IMG/VR virus record: IMGVR_UViG_3300011338_000008
Location: 1 to 30,073 of that record
Length of the DNA stretch: 30,073 bases
Source: a virus
Taxonomy: Duplodnaviria; Caudoviricetes
Strand: one strand, 5' to 3'
Both the position numbers and the translations under genes were made by a program. Shown one piece after another: positions 1-9,769 of this stretch. The stretch's first letter is position 1; the number at the start of each line of letters is the position of its first letter. Under the pieces are notes generated by a model. That model saw only the letters and a program-made list of their open reading frames with translations. It had not been told where the DNA came from and did no database searches.

Positions 1-93
1 ATGGATAGAAAGGTTGATGGGGGGGAGGGGGAGAGTGGTGGGTAAGGATTTTGAAGGAGCCTCCTATCCTCCGAAAAAGCAAAAAGGAACAAA

Positions 94-465
94 ATGGAAA
101 CAACACTCAAGCGTGGAAGAGGAAGACCTAAGGGGTCTGTAAAGATGACGATACAGAGGTTTGCTGATAACCCGCCTGCTGTATTGCCTAAGACTGACCA
201 CCAGAGGTTAAAGGAGTTGAAGGAGTTAATGATTAGGAGTGGGGGTAAGGATGTAGCTCAGAAAGTTATTGAGATTGCTTTGAATGACGAGCATCCTGGT
301 CAAATGGCGGCTTTGAAGATGTGTATTGATAGGACATTGCCAATCAGTATGTTTGAGAAGGATAAGAGTCAAAGGAGTGCTGTGACGATCAATATCACGG
401 GACTTGGAGAACCGACAGTAATAGATACTGATCCTGTGGAAGATGTAGAGGCAAAATATGGCTGA
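94..465 (+). CDS. terS: Terminase small subunit (putative) with an N-terminal AT-hook-like motif
   Basis: 123 aa ORF directly upstream of and overlapping terL; AAGGA RBS; KRGRGRPKGS motif; C-terminal strand 'VTINITGL' typical of TerS oligomerisation tails. Confidence 0.75.
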   Translation: METTLKRGRGRPKGSVKMTIQRFADNPPAVLPKTDHQRLKELKELMIRSGGKDVAQKVIEIALNDEHPGQMAALKMCIDRTLPISMFEKDKSQRSAVTINITGLGEPTVIDTDPVEDVEAKYG

Positions 466-1717
466 TTTGAATTTCTCTCTACTTCCTTGGCAACAAGAGG
501 TATTTAAGGACAAGACTAGGTTTAAGGTTGTAGCGGCTGGTCGTAGGTGTGGTAAGTCTAGGATGGCTGCTGTATCGCTCTTAATTGAGGGTTTAAAGTG
601 TCCACAAGGCTCTGCTGTGCTTTATGTAAGTCCTACTATGGGGCAGTCGAGGCAGATTATCTGGGACTTGTTGTTAGACCTAGGGAGAGATGTGATTCAG
701 GGTAGCCATGTCAATAACTTGGACATTACCTTGATAAACGGGGCAAGAATCTATGTTCGTGGCGCTGATAGACCTGATACGCTTCGTGGTGTGTCTTTGA
801 CTTATGCTGTACTGGATGAGGTAGCTGACATTAAGCCTGAGGCTTGGGAGCAAGTTATTCGAGCTTCTTTGTCTGATAAGAAGGGTAGAGCCTTGTTTAT
901 TGGGACTCCTAAGGGTAGAAACTGGTTCTATGAAACCTTTAGATTAGGAGAAGAGGGTAGTGATCCTGATTGGAAGAGTTGGCACTTTACGACTGCTGAT
1001 AACCCTTTGATTGACGCTTCAGAGATTGAGTCTGCCAAAAAGACACTTAGTTCCTTTGCTTTTAAACAAGAATACATGGCTTCCTTCTCAAATGCGGGAA
1101 GTGATATCTTTAAGGAAGAGTGGATAAAGTATGGGGTAGAGCCTGAACACGGGAGCTATTACATCTCTATTGACTTGGCGGGATTTGAGGAAGTTGCCAA
1201 ACAAGCGGGTAATTCTAAGAAAAGGTTGGATGAGTCTGCTATCTGTGTGGTGAAGGTAACAGAGGATGGCAAGTGGTTTGTCAAAGAGATCATCCATGGG
1301 AGATGGGATATCCGTGAGACAGCATCCAAGATTCTGATGGCAATGAGAGATTACAGACCGACTTCCGTGGGGATTGAGAGGGGGGCGTTAAAGAACGCTG
1401 TTTTGCCCTATTTGAGCGACCTGATGAGAAAGAACAATGTTTATGCTCATATTCAGGATTTGACCCATGGGAACAGAAAAAAGGCAGATCGTATCATTTG
1501 GTCATTGCAAGGAAGGTTCGAACATGGCAGAATCGTGCTTAATTCCGAAGAGAATTGGGCTGAGTTCATTGACCAACTTCTGATGTTTCCTGCAAATGGT
1601 GTCCATGATGACCTACCAGATGCTTTATCATACATGGATCAGCTTGCCGTTACTTCATATTTTGAACAAGATGAAGAAGATGACTGGGAGCCAATTGACA
1701 TAATTTCGGGGGTGTAA
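458..1717 (+). CDS. terL: Terminase large subunit
   Basis: Q motif (LLPWQ), Walker A AGRRCGKS, Walker B AVLDE, coupling motif GTPKG, RNase H-like nuclease acidic residues (IDLA, HDDLPDA). Confidence 0.97.
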   Translation: MADLNFSLLPWQQEVFKDKTRFKVVAAGRRCGKSRMAAVSLLIEGLKCPQGSAVLYVSPTMGQSRQIIWDLLLDLGRDVIQGSHVNNLDITLINGARIYVRGADRPDTLRGVSLTYAVLDEVADIKPEAWEQVIRASLSDKKGRALFIGTPKGRNWFYETFRLGEEGSDPDWKSWHFTTADNPLIDASEIESAKKTLSSFAFKQEYMASFSNAGSDIFKEEWIKYGVEPEHGSYYISIDLAGFEEVAKQAGNSKKRLDESAICVVKVTEDGKWFVKEIIHGRWDIRETASKILMAMRDYRPTSVGIERGALKNAVLPYLSDLMRKNNVYAHIQDLTHGNRKKADRIIWSLQGRFEHGRIVLNSEENWAEFIDQLLMFPANGVHDDLPDALSYMDQLAVTSYFEQDEEDDWEPIDIISGV

Positions 1718-3747
1718 TGGAATTCCAAGAACCAACAGACAGCGATAAAGAATTAGTTAGCTTTGTAGTTAATCATTGCGATCGTTGGAGAGACTATCGG
1801 GATGTTAACTTTCTAACTGATTGGCTCGAATATGAGCGTATCTTCCGTGGTGAATGGGATGCACAAGACAAGACTCGGGAATCAGAGCGTTCTCGTATTG
1901 TCACGCCTGGCACGACTCAAGCCGTTGAGACTCGCCATGCTGAGATTATGGAAGCTATCTTTGGTCAAGGTGAGTTCTTTGACATTCAAGACGATATCCG
2001 TGATGTAAACAACAATCCATTGGATGTAGCCATGATTAAGGCTCAACTGATGGAAGACTTTAAAGTAGACAAGATTCGTAAGTCTATCGACCAGATTGAG
2101 TTGATGGCAGAAATCTACGGAACTGGCATCGGTGAGATTGTTGTCAAAACAGAAAAAATCTTTGTTCCTTCTACCCAAGCAATCCCTGGTCAACCAGGTC
2201 AAGCTGCCATTGGTGTTCTAGAAAAAGATCGTATTGCTGTCAAGATTGTTCCTGTCAACCCTAAGAACTTCTTGTTTGACCCTAATGGCACTTCTATTGA
2301 AGACTGTATGGGTGTGGCTATTGAGAAGTATGTCTCTATCCACAAAGTCGTTAAAGGTCAGGAAGAGGGCATCTATCGCAAGGTAGAGATCGGTACTGAT
2401 TCAATGGATAACGACCTTGAGCCTACTCAAGAAGTTACTCAGTATCAAGACGATAAAGTAAAACTTCTCACTTACTATGGTTTAGTTCCTAGAGAGTATC
2501 TTGAACAACTAGAGAATGAAGATGAAGTTGAGGATTTGTTCCCTGAAGACTCTATTCAGGACGAGTATTCTGACTTGGTAGAGGCTATTGTTGTTATTGC
2601 TAACGATGGCGTACTTCTGAAGGCAGAAAAGAATCCTTACATGATGAAGGATCGTCCAATCCTTGCTTACCAAGATGATACTGTTCCTAATCGTTTGCTT
2701 GGTCGTGGTACTGTTGAGAAGGCTTACAACTCACAAAAGGCTGTAGACGCTCAGATTCGTTCACATTTGGACTCATTGGCTCTGACTACTAGCCCAATGA
2801 TGGCTATGGATGCCACTCGTTTGCCTAGAGGTGCTAAGTTTGAGGTTAAACCAGGCAAGAACATCCTGACAAACGGCAATCCTAACGAGATTTTGTATCC
2901 GTTTAAGTTCGGTAATACTGATCCTGGCAACATGAATACTGCAAAAGAGTTCGAAAGAATGCTCTTGCAGTCTACTGGTACGCTAGACAGCAACGGAATG
3001 GTGTCAAATGTGTCTCGGGATGCGGGTCAAGGTGGTATTTCGATGGCTGTGGCCTCGATTATTAAGAAGTACAAGCGCACTTTGGTGAACTTCCAAGAAG
3101 ATTTTATGATTCCGTTCATCAATAAAGCTGCTTATCGCTATATGCAGTTTGATCCAGAGCGTTATCCTACTGTTGACCTGAAGTTTATTCCTACTGCAGC
3201 GTTGGGTATCATTGCTAGAGAGCATGAACAACAGCAGTTCATCTCACTTTTGCAGACTCTTGGCCCAAATACACCAGTTTTGCCTATCATTTTAAAGGGC
3301 ATCATGGCTAATTCTTCCTTGTCTAACAGACATGAGTTGATTCAGATGCTTGACCAGATGGCTCAACCTGATCCACAAGCACAACAGATGCAACAAGTTC
3401 AGCAACAGTTGGCTATGCAGTTGGCACAAGCTCAGATTGCTGTACAAGCGACACAAGCCGAGCAAAATCGTGCTGAAGCGACCAAATTGTCTGTTGAAGC
3501 TCAGTTAATGCCTCAAGAAGTACAAGCTAAAGTCCTTGGTAGTGCTACTAAGAACTTGCCTGCTGGTCAAGAGTCAAATGAGTTTGACAAACGGGTAAAG
3601 ATTGCTGAATTGATGCTAAAAGAAGCTGATATCAAGAACAAGTCTAAAATTGTTGAGATGCAAATGGCTGACAAGCAGAATAAAATCTCAGGCATGGAAC
3701 AAGATTTCTTAGATCAGTTGACCAAGGAGTTAAGCAATGGACGCTGA
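1717..3747 (+). CDS. Portal protein (P22-like, long Gln-rich C-terminal helical barrel)
   Basis: 676 aa, TAATG-coupled to terL; acidic; GTGIG motif; Q-rich coiled-coil C-terminus. Confidence 0.9.
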   Translation: MEFQEPTDSDKELVSFVVNHCDRWRDYRDVNFLTDWLEYERIFRGEWDAQDKTRESERSRIVTPGTTQAVETRHAEIMEAIFGQGEFFDIQDDIRDVNNNPLDVAMIKAQLMEDFKVDKIRKSIDQIELMAEIYGTGIGEIVVKTEKIFVPSTQAIPGQPGQAAIGVLEKDRIAVKIVPVNPKNFLFDPNGTSIEDCMGVAIEKYVSIHKVVKGQEEGIYRKVEIGTDSMDNDLEPTQEVTQYQDDKVKLLTYYGLVPREYLEQLENEDEVEDLFPEDSIQDEYSDLVEAIVVIANDGVLLKAEKNPYMMKDRPILAYQDDTVPNRLLGRGTVEKAYNSQKAVDAQIRSHLDSLALTTSPMMAMDATRLPRGAKFEVKPGKNILTNGNPNEILYPFKFGNTDPGNMNTAKEFERMLLQSTGTLDSNGMVSNVSRDAGQGGISMAVASIIKKYKRTLVNFQEDFMIPFINKAAYRYMQFDPERYPTVDLKFIPTAALGIIAREHEQQQFISLLQTLGPNTPVLPIILKGIMANSSLSNRHELIQMLDQMAQPDPQAQQMQQVQQQLAMQLAQAQIAVQATQAEQNRAEATKLSVEAQLMPQEVQAKVLGSATKNLPAGQESNEFDKRVKIAELMLKEADIKNKSKIVEMQMADKQNKISGMEQDFLDQLTKELSNGR

Positions 3748-5737
3748 AAGTCTGGTCAAGGAGTTAATCCTCAAAAGCATGACTCCTGAACAGCAGGAGG
3801 CTATTCTTAACTCTGTTAAAACCTCAGTTGCTCAAGCAAGAGCAGTCCAAAAGCAAAAGATTGGCGAGAATGTCGATCTTGTTGTCCAAGCTCTAAAGAA
3901 GATTGAGTCTGACATCCGTAGTCGCTATGACGATTTAGGCAATCTCATTGAGAAACGAGTCGCTTCCATTCAAGATGGTCGTGATGGTATCAATGGTACG
4001 GATGGACGAGATGGCAGAGATGGAAAGCCTGGTAAAGATGGTGCTCCTGGCAGACAAGGCCCACAAGGCCCTGCGGGTAAAGATGGCATAAATGGTGTTG
4101 ATGGTGTATCTGTAACTAACGCTTATCTAGACTTTGATGGTGGTTTGGTCATTACATTGTCTAATGGCAATGAGATCAATGTTGGCGAGATTGTGCCAAT
4201 GGAGTTGGCAAGCCAGATCAAGGTTATCACAAATGGCGGTGGTACATCTCAGTATGTACTAGATACTTTAGCTTCTTTGCAGACTCAGATTAACACTCTG
4301 ATTCCTAGCCAAACTGGTAACTCAGGTAAGTACCTGACTACTGATGGAACAAGTACTTCTTGGGCATCTATTGCGGGTGGTGGGTTGAGCTACCAAGGCA
4401 CTTGGAATGCCACTACCAATACGCCTACTTTGGCTTCTAGTACTGGTACAAATGGGTACTATTACATTGTTGCTACTGCGGGTTCAACAAATCTAAACGG
4501 CATTACTGATTGGCAGATAGGCGATTGGTTGCTTTTTAATGGTTCTGTATGGCAGAAAATTGACCAGACCAACTTGGTATCTAGCGTTAATGGTCAGACA
4601 GGGGTTGTTTCACTTACTTATACGGATGTTAATGCCATTGGTAGCATTACATCAACAGACGGCTCTGTGACTGTTTCTACAGCCTCTGGTGTGGCTGATT
4701 TATCTGTTGCAGTAGCAGCGTCTACCACCAATGTTATTTGCCAAGTAAGAAACTCTACTGGTGCAACCTTAACAAAAGGTACTGTTGTTTATATCAATGG
4801 TGCTACAGGTCAAATACCAACAGTTACAAAAGCGTTGGCAAGTGGAGATTCAACATCTGCACAAACATTAGGCGTGATGAGTGCTGATCTTGCCAATAAC
4901 TCTAATGGTTATGTGACCATTATTGGCTTGGTTACTGGCATGGATACATCTGCTTATACAGATGGTGCTCAACTTTATCTAAGTCCAACAACAGCAGGCA
5001 CATTAACTACAACTAAGCCTTATGCACCAAATCATTTGGTTTATGTTGCTATTGTTGAACACGCACACCCAACACAAGGTAAGTTGTTTGTTAAGGTTCA
5101 GAACGGCTATGAGTTAGATGAACTACACAATGTGTCAGCTCAGTCACCTAGCAATGGTCAGACAATTGTTTACAACTCTACTACTTCACTTTGGGAAAAG
5201 AACACAGTTTCTCTGACTGCTGGTGTTAATGGTACTTTGCCTATCGCAAATGGTGGCACAGGAGCAACTACTGCGGGTGATGCTTTAACTGCTTTAGGTG
5301 CTTATCCTGCCGCTAATCCTAGTGGATATACATCTAATACTGGTACTGTAACTTCTGTAGCGGCTACTGTTCCATCCATCTTTAGTATCTCAGGAAGTCC
5401 AATCACTTCCTCTGGTACTTTGGCTATGACATATAGCGGTACTGCCTTGCCTGTGGCGAATGGTGGTACAGGAATAACAAGTACTCCTACTAATGGACAG
5501 TTGTTAATTGGCAACGGAACTGGTTATACAGCGTCAACTTTGACTGCTGGAAGTAACATAACTATTACCAATTCTTCTGGCGGTATTACAATTGCCTCAT
5601 CAGGTGGTGGTGGTACTCTTGTATTTCCTTTTTACAAGGCTGATGGCACATCGGACACTATTGCTTTGGTAAGTAGTTCATATCTGCCTTTCTTTAATAG
5701 TTCTGGTACTGCCAAGAACATATTGCTAACTACTTGA
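3737..5737 (+). CDS. Collagen-repeat fibre protein (coiled coil + Gly-X-Y + beta-rich fibre domains)
   Basis: GRDGINGTDGRDGRDGKPGKDGAPGRQGPQGPAGKDG collagen stretch; VSSVNGQTG and LP(I/V)ANGGTG fibre motifs; Thr/Ser/Gly-rich. Confidence 0.8.
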   Translation: MDAESLVKELILKSMTPEQQEAILNSVKTSVAQARAVQKQKIGENVDLVVQALKKIESDIRSRYDDLGNLIEKRVASIQDGRDGINGTDGRDGRDGKPGKDGAPGRQGPQGPAGKDGINGVDGVSVTNAYLDFDGGLVITLSNGNEINVGEIVPMELASQIKVITNGGGTSQYVLDTLASLQTQINTLIPSQTGNSGKYLTTDGTSTSWASIAGGGLSYQGTWNATTNTPTLASSTGTNGYYYIVATAGSTNLNGITDWQIGDWLLFNGSVWQKIDQTNLVSSVNGQTGVVSLTYTDVNAIGSITSTDGSVTVSTASGVADLSVAVAASTTNVICQVRNSTGATLTKGTVVYINGATGQIPTVTKALASGDSTSAQTLGVMSADLANNSNGYVTIIGLVTGMDTSAYTDGAQLYLSPTTAGTLTTTKPYAPNHLVYVAIVEHAHPTQGKLFVKVQNGYELDELHNVSAQSPSNGQTIVYNSTTSLWEKNTVSLTAGVNGTLPIANGGTGATTAGDALTALGAYPAANPSGYTSNTGTVTSVAATVPSIFSISGSPITSSGTLAMTYSGTALPVANGGTGITSTPTNGQLLIGNGTGYTASTLTAGSNITITNSSGGITIASSGGGGTLVFPFYKADGTSDTIALVSSSYLPFFNSSGTAKNILLTT

Positions 5738-5745
5738 GGTAATGT

Positions 5746-6246
5746 ATGGCTGTCGTTAATCTTGTTAAATCTATATATACCGCTTCAGATGTCACTTCAC
5801 TAGGTGAACTTGCATCTGGAGATACAGTAAATCTTCCGACTGGTTCTCAGTTAAATTCTGCTGATATTGTTAGTACTTCTGCAACCCAGACGCTAACAAA
5901 TAAGACTCTGACAAATCCAACTGTTACAAACTATACAGAAACTGCTTACACAGCTAACACTAGCACAGCAATTACTGTGTCTTTGGCTAATGGAACTGTT
6001 CAGATTCTGACTTTGACAGGCAATGCAACAATTACCATGCCTACAGCTGGTGCTGGTAAATCTTTTGTGATTGTTTTAAGACAAGACGCTACTGGTTCAC
6101 GATCTGTTACTTGGTCAACAGTAAATTGGCCTGGCGCTACTGCACCAACAGTAACTGGTACTGCTAGTAAGCAAGATATCTTTTCATTCTTTAGTGATGG
6201 AACATCGTGGTATGGCACTACGATTGGTCAAAACTACACTCAATAA
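5746..6246 (+). CDS. Fibre adaptor protein 1 (paralogue of 15087..15638)
   Basis: GAGG RBS; TQTLTNKTLTNPTV, GKSF, DIFSF and WYG motifs shared with the 15087 protein. Confidence 0.7.
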   Translation: MAVVNLVKSIYTASDVTSLGELASGDTVNLPTGSQLNSADIVSTSATQTLTNKTLTNPTVTNYTETAYTANTSTAITVSLANGTVQILTLTGNATITMPTAGAGKSFVIVLRQDATGSRSVTWSTVNWPGATAPTVTGTASKQDIFSFFSDGTSWYGTTIGQNYTQ

Positions 6247-6249
6247 TAT

Positions 6250-8217
6250 ATGTTCGCAGCATCCAAATCAGGTAGCGCAGACGCTAAAGACGCTCAGTTT
6301 AAAAATGTAACCATGTTGTTGCATGGCAATGGGACTAATGGCGCACAGAACAATACATTTGTTGACTCATCCACAAACAACTTCACCATTACCCGTAATG
6401 GCAATACAACCCAAGGAACATTCACGCCTTATGGGTCTAATTGGTCTAATTACTTTGATGGGTCAAGTAACTTGGCGTTATCTTCAGCGCCTGTCCCTGC
6501 TACTGGTGCTTTTACTGTTGAATGTTGGGTGTACATAACTGGAACTGCGGCATCACAATCTGTGTATAGTCAATACGCTTCTGGTGATGCAAACAGGTGG
6601 ATGATTTTGTGGAACGACACAGCAAATAAATTTACATTTGCTGTTAGTGCATCAACAAGTTATAACTCAACAAATACATATTCTGCAAATACTTGGTATC
6701 ACATTGCATGGGTTCGTGATGGCTCTAATAATTTGTCTTTCTATGTAAATGGAGTAAGAGACTCAACAAATGCTGGTGTTACAACTTCATTAGCAACTGT
6801 TAATCCTATGATTGGTAATCGAGGAGGCGGTGGAACTCCTTACACAGGCTATGTTTCAAATTTAAGGATAACTAATACAGCAGTTTATTCTGGAACAACA
6901 TATACAGTTTCAACAACTCCATTAACAAACATTTCTGGTACTACACTTTTAACTTGTCAATCAAATCGTTTTGTTGATAACGAAACAACAGCCAAAACTT
7001 TTACTATTACAGGCTCACCAAGCGTCCAACGCTTCAGCCCATTTAGCCCTACAACTGCCTACTCCACAAGCGTGATTGGTGGCTCTGGGTACTTTGATGG
7101 TAGTGGTGATTATTTACAGACTAGTTCTACTCAAATTATCCCTGCCTCAACAACTTACACAATTGAAGCATGGGTGTATTTGACTGGTAGTTATGCAGAC
7201 TATCGAGATATTGTTTGCCAAGGCACTAGCGGTAACGCAAACCGAGTTATTTTGTATATAAACATTACAACTGGCGAATTGAAATTGCAGATTGGGTCAA
7301 ATGGATATTCAACTGGTGTAACTATTGTTCCAAACCAATGGTATTACTTAGCCGTTAGAAACAACGCTGGAACTTACAACATTTATGTAAATGGCGTTAG
7401 TGTTGCAACTGGAACTGACACAACTACACCTCAAAACACATCGCTGACTATTGGCGCATTTAGTTCTGGCGCAGAGTATTTTCCTGGATATATTTCTGAT
7501 GTAAGAATTTCAAGCACAGCAAGAACGATCTCTTTGCCTACTGCGCCATTTACTTCAGATGCTAATACTCGGTTACTTGCTAATTTCACCAACGCTGGCA
7601 TCTTAGACAACGCCATGATGAACGACTTAGAAACTGTGGGCAATGCACAGCTTTCTACAAGCGTTAAGAAGTATGGTAGCGGTTCAATTTCAATGACATC
7701 TAGCGGTGATTATTTAAAAGGAACTCAACCAAGTGTTGTATATGACATAAATGGCGGTGACTTTACTATTGAGTTTTGGGTTAACTTTACATCTCTTGCC
7801 GCAGACAGGGCTTTAGTTTCCAAGTACGGGAATACGGCAGAAAATGCGGGTGGTCTTGGGTATGTTGTTCAATGGGTTCAATCATCTTCTGTACTTCGCT
7901 TAGTTTTAGGCGTTGGTGGCGGTAGTGATGCCTTATACACATGGTCATGGTCGCCAAGTACATCAACTTGGTATCATGTGGCTATAACTCGTTCTGGCAC
8001 TTCTGGTCGTGCTTTTGTAAATGGCACTCAGATTGGAACAACATCAACTTTGTCAACTTCTGATGTTGCATCACCGAATGTAATTCAACTTGGTAAAACT
8101 CATACTGTTGCCCAATATCTTTTGGGATATATGGACGATGTAAGAATTACCAAAGGTGTTGCTCGGTACACGGCAAACTTTACAGCCCCTACAGCGGCTT
8201 TCCCAGATAAAGGATAA
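6250..8217 (+). CDS. Concanavalin A-like lectin/LamG protein with three domains; putative receptor-binding protein
   Basis: Three repeats of (F/Y)T(V/I)ExWV...WY(H/Y)xA...(Y/F)VNG...GYxxx(L/V)RI. Confidence 0.88.
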   Translation: MFAASKSGSADAKDAQFKNVTMLLHGNGTNGAQNNTFVDSSTNNFTITRNGNTTQGTFTPYGSNWSNYFDGSSNLALSSAPVPATGAFTVECWVYITGTAASQSVYSQYASGDANRWMILWNDTANKFTFAVSASTSYNSTNTYSANTWYHIAWVRDGSNNLSFYVNGVRDSTNAGVTTSLATVNPMIGNRGGGGTPYTGYVSNLRITNTAVYSGTTYTVSTTPLTNISGTTLLTCQSNRFVDNETTAKTFTITGSPSVQRFSPFSPTTAYSTSVIGGSGYFDGSGDYLQTSSTQIIPASTTYTIEAWVYLTGSYADYRDIVCQGTSGNANRVILYINITTGELKLQIGSNGYSTGVTIVPNQWYYLAVRNNAGTYNIYVNGVSVATGTDTTTPQNTSLTIGAFSSGAEYFPGYISDVRISSTARTISLPTAPFTSDANTRLLANFTNAGILDNAMMNDLETVGNAQLSTSVKKYGSGSISMTSSGDYLKGTQPSVVYDINGGDFTIEFWVNFTSLAADRALVSKYGNTAENAGGLGYVVQWVQSSSVLRLVLGVGGGSDALYTWSWSPSTSTWYHVAITRSGTSGRAFVNGTQIGTTSTLSTSDVASPNVIQLGKTHTVAQYLLGYMDDVRITKGVARYTANFTAPTAAFPDKG

Positions 8218-8219
8218 AC

Positions 8220-8498
8220 ATGAACATTGCTAAACTAGAAAATGGAATTATTACAGTAGGACACTATCGTGATTTGTTTCCTAATACATCATTTCCTGTA
8301 AGTGGCCCTAATGATGACTTCTTTACTGAGAATGGCTGTCTAAAGGTTAGCATTTTTAAAGAACATGACAGAGCTACTCAAATGCTCGTAGGCTGCAGTC
8401 CTTATGAGGAAAATGGCATGGTTTACACAGTAGAAGTTGTTGATAAACCAGAGCCAGAAGATGAAGAAATAACTATTGATTCAGGGAATGGTGCATGA
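8220..8498 (+). CDS. Small protein after the lectin gene; possible fibre assembly chaperone
   Basis: 92 aa; position; LFPNTSFP motif; function is inference. Confidence 0.55.
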   Translation: MNIAKLENGIITVGHYRDLFPNTSFPVSGPNDDFFTENGCLKVSIFKEHDRATQMLVGCSPYEENGMVYTVEVVDKPEPEDEEITIDSGNGA

Positions 8499-8734
8499 AC
8501 GAAGAATTGCAAAAGTATTATGACGAGAGATTCTCAATGATGGCTACTGAGGGTTGGAAACAACTTTTAGAAGATATTGACAATATGATTGAACCTTTGA
8601 ATAATATTGCAACAATTAGTGACGAAAAAAGTCTACAATTCCGTAAAGGTGAACTTTCTATTCTCACTTGGCTGAAAAACTTAAAACAAGTCAGCGAGAG
8701 AGCATACGAGGATTTAAATGAGAAGAATGTTTGA
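8495..8734 (+). CDS. Small helical head-module protein (portal-scaffold interval)
   Basis: ATGA-coupled; TEGWKQL and LQFRKGEL pattern typical of small genes preceding podovirus scaffold genes. Confidence 0.7.
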   Translation: MNEELQKYYDERFSMMATEGWKQLLEDIDNMIEPLNNIATISDEKSLQFRKGELSILTWLKNLKQVSERAYEDLNEKNV

Positions 8735-8945
8735 TTTCGTCTGTGAAAACGGACATAGAACAGAAAGATTGGTTGATTATGAGGCAACCAGTCTAATGTG
8801 TGAGTGCGGAGCTACAGCCAACCGAACTCTCTCAGCGCCAGCTTTTAAACTTGAAGGATGGTCGGGTGCATTCCCTACTGCTCATTCCAAATTTGGAAAG
8901 AGTCATACCGACAAGTTAAAGAGTGAGCGCAAACTCAACTCATAA
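8718..8945 (+). CDS. FmdB-like zinc-ribbon protein
   Basis: FDFVCENGH...CECG...R.LSAP.FKLEG.SG pattern; GAGGA RBS. Confidence 0.75.
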   Translation: MRRMFDFVCENGHRTERLVDYEATSLMCECGATANRTLSAPAFKLEGWSGAFPTAHSKFGKSHTDKLKSERKLNS

Positions 8946-9002
8946 GCAATAATGCCGAGTTGAATCTCCTACAACCGATTGACGGCAGGAAAAAGGAAAA
9001 AT

Positions 9003-9746
9003 ATGTTGATTGATGAAGACAAAGAATTGCCTGGTGAGTTAGAAATCGAAGAGCGAAAAGCATCTTCTAAACCAGACCTCCCTGAAAAATACAGGGACAA
9101 AAGTCTGGATGAGATTGTGCGAATGCACCAAGAAGCTGAAAAGCTCATTGGAAAGCAAGCTCAAGAGGTAGGCGAAGTTAGAAAACTAGCCGATGAACTT
9201 ATTAGACAGAACCTTGGGTCTAAACAACAACCTATTAAGCAGGACGAACCTGAGATTGACTTTTTTGAAGACCCAAAGAAGGCAGTTCAAAGGACAGTTG
9301 ATAGTCATCCTGACATCGTAGCAGCTAGACAAGCAACGCTAGAGTTGAAAAGGACGCAAATTCAACAGAAGTTAGCGCAAGAACATCCAGATTTTGGCGA
9401 TATTGCTAAAGATCAGGACTTTGCAAATTGGGTGAAATCTAGCCCTGTTCGCATAGAGTTGTTCAAGCGAGCCGATGCTGAATTCGATTATGATTCTGCC
9501 AATGAATTGTTAAGCACTTATAAGCAACTTCGTGGCGTTAAGAAACAGCAGAATGAGGCTTCTAACGAGGCTACACGCAAGCAGAATCTTAAAGCTGTTG
9601 GAGTTGATGTAGGTGGTTCTGGAGAGTCATCGAAAAAAGTTTATCGAAGGGCAGACCTTATTCGGCTGAAAATGCAAGACCCTAACCGCTATGATGCGCT
9701 AAGTGATGAAATCATGCAAGCATATCAAGAGGGCAGGGTTCGTTAA
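9003..9746 (+). CDS. Capsid scaffolding protein (start moved to ATG 9003)
   Basis: Charged helical 247 aa ORF directly before the capsid gene; LPEKY motif; C-terminal AYQEGRVR; AAGGA RBS before 9003. Confidence 0.82.
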   Translation: MLIDEDKELPGELEIEERKASSKPDLPEKYRDKSLDEIVRMHQEAEKLIGKQAQEVGEVRKLADELIRQNLGSKQQPIKQDEPEIDFFEDPKKAVQRTVDSHPDIVAARQATLELKRTQIQQKLAQEHPDFGDIAKDQDFANWVKSSPVRIELFKRADAEFDYDSANELLSTYKQLRGVKKQQNEASNEATRKQNLKAVGVDVGGSGESSKKVYRRADLIRLKMQDPNRYDALSDEIMQAYQEGRVR

Positions 9747-9769
9747 AATTTGTTTTAGGAGATTTAATC

